Assembly (NCBI GenBank): GCA_965205505.1
Contig: CBDBHB010000009.1
Span: 3,040,001-3,104,000 of the forward strand
Length of the DNA stretch: 64,000 nt
Source of the DNA: Acidobacteriota bacterium
Lineage (GTDB): Bacteria > Acidobacteriota > UBA890 > WLXD01
Direction: 5' to 3'
Shown here: piece after piece, positions 48,443 through 57,566 of the stretch
Layout of the letters: every line of letters begins with the position of its first letter
Numbering within the stretch: position 1 is the first letter of the stretch
Program-made: the position numbers and the translations under genes
The notes under the pieces: generated by a model
Told to the model about the DNA's origin: nothing
Database searches by the model: none
What the model saw: only the letters and a program-made list of their open reading frames with translations

Positions 48443-49860
48443 GGCTCGGTGGGCGGCATGGTGATCACGCCGACGCCGTCCTCGAATCGCACCTCGGTCC
48501 CAAAGGGCGCGGACAGGCGTGCCAGATCATCGATGATCTTGCGGCCAAGCTCCAGGCCCGCCAGCATCGGCCGCCCACGACGTGATCGCGGCGTGTCGTA
48601 GCCCAAGGTCACCGGCGCCAGCCGGATTTCCCTCAGAAGGCCCGCCTCGAATCTCGGCAGAGCTATTACTGTCTCCCAGAACCAAGCATCGAGGGTGAAA
48701 TAGCCTCCTTGCGTACGCTGACGGTAGTCGTAGTAGTCGACCGTTCTGCTATCAGCGGGCAAGTCGACGCCACGATACTCGGCCGACGGCCGGTAGCGCA
48801 CGGTCTCGTTCTCGAAGAAGAAATTGCCCAAGCTGTAGAAGATGGGACGCCCCTTGTAGATTTCGATACCCCGCAGCACGTGCGGTCCGGTGCCGGCGAA
48901 GACGTCGGCACCGGCGTCGATCGCGGCGTGGGCATACTCGACCAGGAAGTCCGCTGGCAGTTCCCGCCGACCGCCGCTCTCGTGCGTATGGGTGGCAACG
49001 ATCACCCAGTCGGACTGTCGATCGGCGGCATCGATGCTGGCGAGGATGCGCTGCAGATCCAGCGGGTCGGCGGTCGTTGTTACCCTGGCTTCGTCGCCCA
49101 GCGCGAAGGACTCACCGGCAAAGTCGAGACCCACGGCGTCATCTTCGACGCTCTGTCCCAGGTTTCGCGCGATCATCTGTAACGCCGCGAACTCCACCGA
49201 CGGCAATGTGGTCGTACGGTGGTAGCGGATCGGGTTGAGGCCCGGGGTTGCCCGGATGTCGGGACGCTGTGGCCGCGCCGGGTGGAATGTGTCGAAGCTC
49301 GACGCGGTGGAGATCAGCGCCACGCGCCCGTTTCCTGTCTGTACGTATACAGCCTCGTCGGCAAGCGCGAGGTTCTCCCCTACCCCGGCATGCGCAACTC
49401 CGGCTTCGTCGAGCGCACGACTGGTGGCGCGCATGCCATCCCAGCCATAGTCGAGCGCATGGTTGTTGGCCCTGCTGACGACATCGAAGCCCGCCCACGC
49501 CAGCTCCTGGGCGATGCCCGGGTCGGCGAACATGTAGCTTTCCCTATCCGACACCATCGGTGTCAGCTTCTCGACCGTCTGTAGCGCGATCTCGAGGTTG
49601 GTGAACGCGAGGTCGGCACCACGTATGGCGTCGACCATCGCAATGAACTCAGGCTCGATGTACGCAGACATCGGACGGCTGATGATGGAGTCGCCGGTAA
49701 GCGCGAACGTGATGTTGCCTTTCGCTGCCTCGTAAGGGGTCTGGCCATACGCGAGCATGGCGGGGAGCATCAGGCCCACTACGGAACCACGCCTCACCCC
49801 TGTTCTCACGGATGACCGGCGGCGCTCTTCGCGGCCACATCTCTGGGGCTGGGTAAACAT
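48439..49860 (-). CDS. CapA (poly-gamma-glutamate synthesis) family metallophosphoesterase
   Basis: TGD, TNLE, ANNHALDYG, HTHE, GPH.LRGIE and YSLGNF. GGAGG RBS before ATG 49860. Confidence 0.85.
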   Translation of the reverse strand: MFTQPQRCGREERRRSSVRTGVRRGSVVGLMLPAMLAYGQTPYEAAKGNITFALTGDSIISRPMSAYIEPEFIAMVDAIRGADLAFTNLEIALQTVEKLTPMVSDRESYMFADPGIAQELAWAGFDVVSRANNHALDYGWDGMRATSRALDEAGVAHAGVGENLALADEAVYVQTGNGRVALISTASSFDTFHPARPQRPDIRATPGLNPIRYHRTTTLPSVEFAALQMIARNLGQSVEDDAVGLDFAGESFALGDEARVTTTADPLDLQRILASIDAADRQSDWVIVATHTHESGGRRELPADFLVEYAHAAIDAGADVFAGTGPHVLRGIEIYKGRPIFYSLGNFFFENETVRYRPSAEYRGVDLPADSRTVDYYDYRQRTQGGYFTLDAWFWETVIALPRFEAGLLREIRLAPVTLGYDTPRSRRGRPMLAGLELGRKIIDDLARLSAPFGTEVRFEDGVGVITMPPTEP

Positions 49861-50058
49861 CGGTACCTCCGCTGGCGCTCTCATGCGCACCGGTTGCCCG
49901 AGGTTGAATCTCTGGTGCGGGGCGCGTTTGCGCAGGATACCATCGCCTCACGCCCGTCGAGTCAGGAGCACGAATGCCCGGGAATTGCCTCCCAGATCGC
50001 TTGATCAACGCCGACGGCGCCACGTTCAGCTCCGGCACAACGAACTACCCTGGGTACA

Positions 50059-50874
50059 GTGGTGGAGCCTAAGACGCTCGTCGGCGGCCTGGTCCTTGTC
50101 GCCTTGTGGCTTGGCGAGACGTGGGTACCGTTCTATGCGCAGTTTCGTGACGATCGAACCGAGCGTGTTCGACACGACCTCCGCAATCTCTTCATCGGCG
50201 TTCTCAACTCCATCATCGTTGCTGTGGCGTTCTCCGGGTTGGCGGTCATCGCCGAGGTCTGGGGCGCCGCCAACGGATACGGGCTACTGCGTATCTACGA
50301 GCTCCCGGGCTGGGCAGCCGCCCTGGTGGCCATCGCTCTGTTCGATTTCTGGATGTACCTGTGGCACCGCGGTAACCACGCCATCCCGATCCTCTGGCGC
50401 TTCCACCGGGTACACCACGCCGACCCGAACATGGATGCCACCACCGGAGTGCGATTCCATACGGTCGAGGTCGTCCTGTCGTTCTTCACGAAAATTGCCA
50501 TAATGCAGCTCATCGGGATGTCGATCTGGCATCTGGCGCTCTATGAGGCGATCGTCCTGCCGGTCGTGCTGGTCCACCACTCCAACGTAGCGCTGCCCCG
50601 GTGGATCGACCGTGGGCTGCTGTTCCTGATCGTTACCCCGGCGATGCACCGAGTTCATCACAGTCGACTGCGGGCCGAGACAGACTCCAACTACGGCTCG
50701 TTGTTCCCCTACTGGGACTACGTGCTGCGCAGCCTACGCCTGCGCGAGGACGTCCACGCCGTGCACGTCGGATTGGACGGTTTTGACGCGGACGATTACC
50801 AGACCCTCCCGGGAATGATTCTCCGTACGCCGAAGTCGTCGGTCCGATCGAGCGCCCGAAACGAGCACTCGTAG
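50059..50874 (+). CDS. Sterol desaturase / fatty acid hydroxylase family membrane protein
   Basis: His boxes YLWHRGNH, FHRVHH, RFH, HHSN and HRVHH, plus SNYG. Confidence 0.9.
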   Translation: MVEPKTLVGGLVLVALWLGETWVPFYAQFRDDRTERVRHDLRNLFIGVLNSIIVAVAFSGLAVIAEVWGAANGYGLLRIYELPGWAAALVAIALFDFWMYLWHRGNHAIPILWRFHRVHHADPNMDATTGVRFHTVEVVLSFFTKIAIMQLIGMSIWHLALYEAIVLPVVLVHHSNVALPRWIDRGLLFLIVTPAMHRVHHSRLRAETDSNYGSLFPYWDYVLRSLRLREDVHAVHVGLDGFDADDYQTLPGMILRTPKSSVRSSARNEHS

Positions 50875-50918
50875 GCCTGTCGTAGTCCGCCGACCGATGC
50901 TCTTCGCCGCAGCGGGCT

Positions 50919-50945
50919 GGCCCGCCACACTCCCACCACGGCCTG
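50919..50945. mobile_element. MITE copy 4 (solo terminal repeat)
   Basis: GGCCCGCCACACTCCCACCACGGCCTG is 25/27 identical to the right TIR of copy 2. It is followed by TTAG, which contains the TAA stop of the minus-strand permease. Confidence 0.7.
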
Positions 50946-52496
50946 TTAGCCGTAGCTTCGACGTAGCCCCTCGGGGATGACCAGTCGATCGACCAGCTCG
51001 AAGCAAGCATGGATCACGAGCGCCATCACGGCAGCCGGCACGGCGCCGGCGAGGATTGTCGGGATATCGTTGAGGGCCAAACCCCGAACGATCAAGGTCC
51101 CGTAGCCTCCGCCGCCGATGAAGGCTGCCAGCGTCGCCGTCCCCACGGTGAGGACTGCTGAAGTCTTGATGCCCGCCATGATATTCAGCGACGCAAGCGG
51201 AAGCTCGATGCGAGTCAATCGCTGCCGCTGGCTGAGCCCGAGTACGCCGGCGATCTCCAGTAGCTGACGGTCGAGGCCGATGAGCCCGGTGTAGGTGCTC
51301 CTCACGATCGGCAGCAGCGCATACAGAAACAGCGCCACAAGCGACGGCAGCCGTCCGATGCCGAACAACGGGATCATGAAGCACAACAGCGCCAGCGAGG
51401 GAATCGTCTGCAGGATGCCAACTGATACCAACGTCGTCTGACCGAGACGGCGAAACCGCGCGGCCACGATGCCCAGCGGGATGCTAACCAGGGTTGCCAG
51501 GCCGAGCGCGACGACCACGAGGAGGGCGTGGTCGAGTGTCAGCCTGAGGATCTCGTCTCGGATCGAGACGCCGCCCTGGGTACCGGGTTGCCCGTTCGAC
51601 AGGAACGCTGAGGCGACCTCACGCGGTGTCTGGCCGTCCAGATCTGCGAGAGCGTTCAGGGTCGACATCTCGCCGTCGTCCAATCGACGTACGAGGAGCT
51701 CGTTGAGCCGTTCCCAGATACGCGGGTAACGGTCGATGAAGTCCTGCCGCACCAGCATCACAGCTTCGTACTTGGCGAAGAACTCCAGATCATCGACCAG
51801 AACGCGGAGATCGAATCGATCGATCTTGCCGTCGGTCGAGTAGATGTCGATAACATCGACCTCGCCACGCGACACCGCCTCGTAGCTCAGGGAGTGCTCG
51901 ATCACTCGAACTTCCGAAAAGCTAAGGTCATAGCGTTGCTGCAGTCCCGGCCATCCGTCGGCGCGGTCGATGTACCCAGCACTGAACGCCGCTTCCATCT
52001 CCGGGTGGCGTTGCAGGTCGGTGATCGTCCGCAATCCGAGACGCTCTCCCACATCCTCGCGCACAGCCAAGGCGTAGGTATTTTCGAATCCCAACGGATC
52101 GCTCACCGTCAAACCCAAGCCGCGCAGCCGCCGGCGAAGCTCTGCCACGCCGATCGCCGACGAATCCTTCAGCAGCGCGTAGCTCAGCGTGCCGGTGTAC
52201 TCAGGGTAGATGTCGATCTCGCCGGTCGAGATGGCTCGGAATGCGATTGCCGCAGCACCGAGACCCATCTTGCGCTCGACCACTGCTTCGCCGGCACCCT
52301 CCACGATTGCCGCGATCAGCTCCCCGAGAATGAAGCTCTCGGTGAACGACTTGGACCCGACACGGACGACGCCTGCATCACGCGGTGACGCGGGGGCACA
52401 TGCAGCGCCCGACAACAGCAATACGGCCACCGCGCCAACGCACACATAGACCTCACGGGTCACCCTCAACGCACGCCTGGAAGTGTCGCCGCACAT
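50946..52496 (-). CDS. Osmoprotectant (glycine betaine/choline-type) ABC transporter, fused substrate-binding and permease
   Basis: VGSKSFTES, DIYPEYTGT, GFENTYAL, YSTDG, QTIPSLALL and AAFIGGGGYG. Confidence 0.9.
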   Translation of the reverse strand: MCGDTSRRALRVTREVYVCVGAVAVLLLSGAACAPASPRDAGVVRVGSKSFTESFILGELIAAIVEGAGEAVVERKMGLGAAAIAFRAISTGEIDIYPEYTGTLSYALLKDSSAIGVAELRRRLRGLGLTVSDPLGFENTYALAVREDVGERLGLRTITDLQRHPEMEAAFSAGYIDRADGWPGLQQRYDLSFSEVRVIEHSLSYEAVSRGEVDVIDIYSTDGKIDRFDLRVLVDDLEFFAKYEAVMLVRQDFIDRYPRIWERLNELLVRRLDDGEMSTLNALADLDGQTPREVASAFLSNGQPGTQGGVSIRDEILRLTLDHALLVVVALGLATLVSIPLGIVAARFRRLGQTTLVSVGILQTIPSLALLCFMIPLFGIGRLPSLVALFLYALLPIVRSTYTGLIGLDRQLLEIAGVLGLSQRQRLTRIELPLASLNIMAGIKTSAVLTVGTATLAAFIGGGGYGTLIVRGLALNDIPTILAGAVPAAVMALVIHACFELVDRLVIPEGLRRSYG

Positions 52497-52499
52497 GGC

Positions 52500-53245
52500 T
52501 CAGAAGTGGCCCTTCATATCAGGGGGCGGCTTCTGGGCCTGAAAGAACGCGGTCACGAAGTCACTTGCAGGCTGCGTCACGAGGTCGAGAAATGTCCCCT
52601 GTTGGACCAATCGGCCTTCGGTCATCAGGCTGACGGTCTGCCCGAGCATCGCGGCCTCTCGAATGTCATGGGTAACGAGGATCACCGTCTTGCCCAGGGC
52701 GCGAAAGATCTCCGGCAGCTGCACCTGTAGTCCGTGGCGCACCAGTGGGTCCAGAGAACCCAGAGGCTCATCCAGAAGCAGGATCGGTGGATCCAGCAAA
52801 AGCGCCCGCATCAGGCCGACTCGTTGTCGCTGCCCGCCGCTGAGCTCGTGTGGATACTTCTGCATGATCGGCGCATCAAACCCGACGAGCGCCATCAGCT
52901 CGTCAATACGCTGGGCCGTGCGATCGACCAACCACCCCCGCGCCTCGGCGGCGAGCGACACATTGCTTCGCGCGCTGAGGTGCGGGTACAGCCCCCCTCC
53001 TGCACGACATAACCCATTGTCGCGAGCAGTTCCTTTCTGCTGTCCGTATCCATGGCCCTGCCATCGACGCGAACGGAGCCACTGTCGGGAGCTATCGATC
53101 CGAGGATGAGCCGGAGAATGGTCGATTTTCCACAACCGCTCGAGCCCAGAAGGACGTGCGTCTGTCCGCGGCTGAACTCGCACGAGAGGTTCTCGATCGC
53201 GACCACCGAGTCGAAGAGCTTGGTCACGCGGTCGAGAACGATCAT
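52500..53245 (-). pseudogene. Osmoprotectant ABC ATP-binding protein, frameshifted (real lesion or sequencing error)
   Basis: Walker A GSSGCGKST and GYVVQEGG are in one frame; LYPHL, LSGGQRQR and DEP are in another. One extra G in the G6 run (52992-52997) restores the frame. Confidence 0.8.
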
Positions 53246-53249
53246 TCGA

Positions 53250-54261
53250 TCAACAGGCCGGGGCGGCTCGTCGATCGAATACGACACCCGAGCGTCCTGC
53301 TCGCACCGCGTCCCAGATCGCCTGATAGAGCCTCATGGTCTCGACTGCATCTGCAATGCTCCCCACCGGCTCGCGGCCCTCGCGGATGGCTCTGACCCAC
53401 TCGACCAGACATGGACCATCCCCGGTGAGCTCACCACTGCGCTCATCGCTCCAGTTCTCGGTGAAGGTGTTCTGCTCCTGGGCGTAGTGCTTGATCGACC
53501 AGAGGTCGTCGAGAACGAGGTACTCGTTCTTTCCGGTGATCTCGATGCGATCGTAGTTCCGCCACCAGAGTCGCTGGCTGTTCAGCTGCAGAGTTCCCAC
53601 GGCACCGCTGACGAACTCCAAGCCGACCGCCAGCGCCACACCGCTTCCGTCCTGTCGGTGAAACAACGACAACTGCCGGATCTCGCCGCCGAGGAATCGG
53701 GCGATATCTAGATAGTGCGGCGCGAAATCGAGGATGTAAGCATGAACCGGATCGTCGTAGTCACGACCACGGACCTCATCGAAGATCCCGCTGCAGAACG
53801 AGCCGAAGAACTGGGTCATCGTTCCAAACGACTCCGCCGCCATGATCTCGCGGGCCTTGGTCACGCCGAAGCAGAAGCGGCGCTGGAAGTTCACCATCAA
53901 GATCCTTCCGGCGCGACTTGCCGCCTCTGCCAGCTCTTGCGTGGCGTTCAGCGAGGCCGCTGGCGGCTTGGGGATGAAGACGTGATAGCCGGCCTCTAGC
54001 GCCTCCAGTACGATGCGCTGCCGCGGCCGCGGATGCATCTGCACGATCACCGCCTCGAGGTCTTCCGTCTCCCACATCTCCCGGTAGTCGGTGTACCAGC
54101 GCCCGGGCCCGAACTTCCCGGCGGTATCGCGGGCCAGGGCTTCGTCACGATCGCAGAACTGCCTGCAGATGGATCGGTGCGAAGTGCAACGACGGATACA
54201 CCTGCCACGTCGCCATGGCGCCGGCGCCGACGAAGCCGACCCGCAGAGGCTCCAGCCGCAA
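53250..54261 (-). pseudogene. Gfo/Idh/MocA oxidoreductase, frameshifted near the 5' end
   Basis: LRVGFVGAGAMA Rossmann start (TTG 54261) is out of frame with AVCDRD..YTDYREM..PKPPA. Removing one base at about 54157-54158 restores a single ORF. Confidence 0.75.
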
Positions 54262-54263
54262 TG

Positions 54264-56219
54264 CTACTCGGCCGACTCGCGCAGCGAGAACGCGATCCAC
54301 TCGGCCGGATCGTCGTTGCCGCCGACGGCGACGACGATGTACTGACGTCCCTGGTGCATATAGGTGATCGGCGCTCCGGTAACGCCTGCTGACAGCTCGG
54401 TCTCCCAGAGCTCGGTGCCGTCGGCTTTGTCATAGGCGCGGAACTTGTTGCCGTTGACTTGGATGCCGAGTATCGCGTCGCTGCTCTCGCCGAGAAACAG
54501 CAGGGTCTTGGTGAGCATCGGTGCCGGACGACCAAGCATTCCCAGCGGCGGAAGGTCGAGACCCTCGAGCAGCGGATGGTCGAGCGGGCCGTCACCGTTG
54601 GCCGCCATCCAGACTTTCTCGCCGCGGTTCATATCGTAGGCGGTGATGCGTCCGTACGGTGGCTTGAAGATCGGTAGCCCGTCGAGGGTCGGAACTCCCG
54701 GACCCTCGCCCCACTCGTAGGCGAGCGTCGCCTCCGGATCGGACGGCTCGGAGAGCGGATAGACGTTCGGCATCGTGTGCGAGACGGCGTAGTAGAACCC
54801 GGTCTCCGGGTCGAACGCACCGGTGTTCCAGTTGCCCGACCCCCAGCCGCCGGGGAAGATCAGCGTGCCCTGTTTACTTCCAGGGTCACTGCCAACGACC
54901 GACGGCGGCGTGAACATGGGCCCCAGCAAGAGGGGCTCGATGAGCTCCAGAGCTCGTGCCCGCAGCTCCGGGGTGAAGTCGATCAGGTCGTCTTCGCTGA
55001 AACCCTGCATATCGAACGGCGGTGGCTTGGTGGGGAAGGGCTGCGTCGGCGACAGCTGCTCGCCGGGCACCTCCGACTGCGGCACCGGGCGCTCCTCGAT
55101 CGGCCACACCGGCTCACCTGTCTCGCGATCGAATACATAGAGAAACCCTGTCTTGCTGGGCTGCATCACCGCCTTGATTCGCTTGCCCTCCACGGTGATC
55201 TCGCCAAGCGTCGCCGGGCCTACGGTGTCGTACTCCCAGACGTCGTGATGCACCATCTGGAAGTGCCAGACGCGTTTACCGGTTTTGGCATCGAGCGCCA
55301 CGAGGCTGTTGGAGAACAGGTTGTCGCCCGGTCGATGTCCCCCGTAGTAGGCCGCCGTCGGCGCCGTCAGAGGTACGTAGACGTAGCCGAGCTCCTCATC
55401 CGCCGTGGCGCAGCACCAGGACCCCAAGTCGCCCGAGTACTTCCAGGAATCGTCTCCCCAGGTGTCGTTGCCGAATTGCCCGGGCTTCGGAACCACGTTG
55501 AAGGTCCACAGCAACTCGCCGGTGCGCACCGAGTAGCCGCGCACATCCTCGGGAACGGCTTCCTTGCGATTGCCGCCGTCGCCGGCGCCGCCCGTGATCC
55601 CGGCTATGACGATCACGTCGCCAACGACGATCGGGCCCGCCGACCAGCGGTAATTACCGGCCCGCTGGTGGGCGATGTTGAGGTTGAGCCGGCCCCGATC
55701 GCCGAAATCGGCATACGGTTCCCCGGTCCGTGCGCTGAGTGCGTAGAGGTAGTCGTTGCGCACCAGGAGCAGCCGTCGATCCGACCCCTCGCCCCAGGTA
55801 TCGATACCGCGCGGGCTCCTGCCCCTGGCCTCGCTCAAGGTCGGCGCAAATGGCTGCTGTTCCCAAATCGTCTCCCCGGTTCCGGGGTCCAGGGCACGCA
55901 GCAGCCCGACGCCGTTCGGCGCCAGCAACATGCCGTCGAGCATGATCGGCGTCGACCTGAAATAGCCGGGAATCCGCACCTCGGGGTAGGCGTCCTCGAA
56001 CGCCGGGTCTACGGCCGGGCGACGCCAGGCAACCCGCAGGTCGGTAATGTTGTCGCGATTGATCTGCGCCAGCGGAGAGTAGCGTGTAAACGCCTTGTCG
56101 CCGCCGAAGTAGGGCCACTCGCCGGGCGCCCGTTCACCCTGGGCGTGCGAGGCGATCGGCCCGCCCCCGACCATCATCAGGAGCACGCCACCGCCTATCA
56201 GCCGTTGCAAACTGGACAC
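54264..56219 (-). CDS. Periplasmic PQQ-dependent dehydrogenase (quinoprotein glucose dehydrogenase-like)
   Basis: Signal peptide, RYSPL.QIN, GGHRPGDNLF, WHFQMVHHDVWEYD, PTQPFP, KPPYG and GRQYIVV. Confidence 0.9.
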   Translation of the reverse strand: MSSLQRLIGGGVLLMMVGGGPIASHAQGERAPGEWPYFGGDKAFTRYSPLAQINRDNITDLRVAWRRPAVDPAFEDAYPEVRIPGYFRSTPIMLDGMLLAPNGVGLLRALDPGTGETIWEQQPFAPTLSEARGRSPRGIDTWGEGSDRRLLLVRNDYLYALSARTGEPYADFGDRGRLNLNIAHQRAGNYRWSAGPIVVGDVIVIAGITGGAGDGGNRKEAVPEDVRGYSVRTGELLWTFNVVPKPGQFGNDTWGDDSWKYSGDLGSWCCATADEELGYVYVPLTAPTAAYYGGHRPGDNLFSNSLVALDAKTGKRVWHFQMVHHDVWEYDTVGPATLGEITVEGKRIKAVMQPSKTGFLYVFDRETGEPVWPIEERPVPQSEVPGEQLSPTQPFPTKPPPFDMQGFSEDDLIDFTPELRARALELIEPLLLGPMFTPPSVVGSDPGSKQGTLIFPGGWGSGNWNTGAFDPETGFYYAVSHTMPNVYPLSEPSDPEATLAYEWGEGPGVPTLDGLPIFKPPYGRITAYDMNRGEKVWMAANGDGPLDHPLLEGLDLPPLGMLGRPAPMLTKTLLFLGESSDAILGIQVNGNKFRAYDKADGTELWETELSAGVTGAPITYMHQGRQYIVVAVGGNDDPAEWIAFSLRESAE

Positions 56220-56268
56220 CGCAGTCTCCTTGATCGCACGAGCAAGAAGCCCGCTGTTCAGTTTCCGC

Positions 56269-56757
56269 CTATTCCTGCGGCTCGGGCATCACCTGGAAAT
56301 GAAGGTGGACGATCGTCCAGCTGCCATTGCGCTTCACCAACGTCGGCGACATCTGGTAGATCACCGTCGGGGCTGCCTCGCCAGGATTGGCCCGGCTGAC
56401 CGTCAAAATATACGACGCGACTGCCAGATCACCGCTCGGAGCCACGGCAATCTGTAGGTCAGAGTTCTCGGCCGACGCCAGGCCACCGGTGGAATCGATG
56501 TACTCCGTCCAGTACGTCCTATACGAGGCCTTGTCCCAGCGACCCGACGGGCCCCACCAGGTCAACTCGGGCGCGTAGAGCCCGAAGTAGCCCTCGATGT
56601 CGTTGACCGCATACGTCGCGGTCAGTTGCGCCACAGCATCGGCCACCTCCTGTTCGAGCGCGGCGGCGTCCTGTGCGGTCGCTCCCGGGGCACCGATCGT
56701 GGCCACTGCGACAACCGCCAAAGCCAAAGCAAAAGCAAAACTCACGATATTTCGCAT
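56269..56757 (-). CDS. Secreted NTF2-like (SnoaL/DUF4440) protein
   Basis: GAGGAGG RBS, signal peptide, AVASY.L and KRNGSWTIVHLHF. Confidence 0.8.
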   Translation of the reverse strand: MRNIVSFAFALALAVVAVATIGAPGATAQDAAALEQEVADAVAQLTATYAVNDIEGYFGLYAPELTWWGPSGRWDKASYRTYWTEYIDSTGGLASAENSDLQIAVAPSGDLAVASYILTVSRANPGEAAPTVIYQMSPTLVKRNGSWTIVHLHFQVMPEPQE

Positions 56758-56780
56758 CTCGTCGACCTCCTCGCTGACCG

Positions 56781-57287
56781 TTAATCGGCGGCGGTGACGG
56801 GGTTCCAGTGGAAATGCGCGATGCTCCACTCCCCGTCGCGCTTGAACCAAGTCGCCGACATCTGGTAAGTGGCGTTTACTCCTTCGGGATCGTCCGTGAT
56901 GCGCTTGACGTTGAGCAGATAGGACGCCACCGCACCGTCACCGGCGGGCGATGTGTGGATCTGCAGATCGCTGATGTTGGCCTCTGTGAGACCGCCACCG
57001 CCGCCGACAACGCCGCTCCACAGCTCGTGGTACTCGTCGCGCGTTACCCGTCGGCCAGGCCACCACTGCGTCCCATCCGCCGCGAAGGAGCCGATATAAC
57101 CCTCCACGTCGTTGGAGCCATACGCGGCCACGAACTCCATCATCCGCTCACGCACCTCGTCTTCTGCTGTCGCCACGGGATCTTCGGCTACCGGTTCCGG
57201 CGCCGGCTCTCCACCTCCGCAGGCTGCGGCGAGTACTGCCAGGACGATCAGCCAAACGAAGTTCCTTCCTCCCAGAACATTGCGCAT
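56781..57287 (-). CDS. NTF2-like (SnoaL/DUF4440) lipoprotein
   Basis: GGAGGAGG RBS, LAAAC lipobox, paralogous to 56269-56757 (Y..ND.EGY, WW, SDLQI, AVASY, YQMS). Confidence 0.8.
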   Translation of the reverse strand: MRNVLGGRNFVWLIVLAVLAAACGGGEPAPEPVAEDPVATAEDEVRERMMEFVAAYGSNDVEGYIGSFAADGTQWWPGRRVTRDEYHELWSGVVGGGGGLTEANISDLQIHTSPAGDGAVASYLLNVKRITDDPEGVNATYQMSATWFKRDGEWSIAHFHWNPVTAAD

Positions 57288-57462
57288 GTTGCACCTCCTC
57301 CACTGCTGTGCTGTGCTGCAGACCTCTTGAGCGTTGTACAGGGTTTCCAATCCGGCGCCAGAAGTCCAGTCGCGCAGCGAGTCCCTTCCTCAACCGCGCT
57401 GTTTTCTGCGACACGGGGAGCGACCTGCAACGCCAATGGAATCCGCTCCGAAGACCGTTGAT

Positions 57463-57492
57463 TTGCGCGCGGGCCGCGTGCCGTGATACTCA
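57463..57492 (+). promoter_or_regulatory. Putative sigma70-type promoter of SpdH-like copy 2
   Basis: TTGCGC-16 nt-GATACT. CGTGATACTCA is shared with 61397-61407. Confidence 0.4.
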
Positions 57493-57566
57493 GGCAAAGC
57501 GTCGTGGCGCAGAGATTTCGCCGTCTTCGCCGGACAGAACTGGGATCCGAACCGAGGAGAGAGACA

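Noticed and set aside
48439-49860. Poly-gamma-glutamate capsule locus
   Set aside because: Only a CapA-family gene is present, with no capB or capC; these proteins are widespread stand-alone metallophosphoesterases.
54777-56399. Long antisense ORFs (also 2407-3351, 26002-26985, 33950-34885, 35814-36929 and others)
   Set aside because: They shadow well-supported genes on the opposite strand, as expected at high GC, and carry no motifs.
56717-56740. A-rich GC(C/A)AAA hexamer run
   Set aside because: It encodes the FAFALALA hydrophobic core of a signal peptide on the minus strand.
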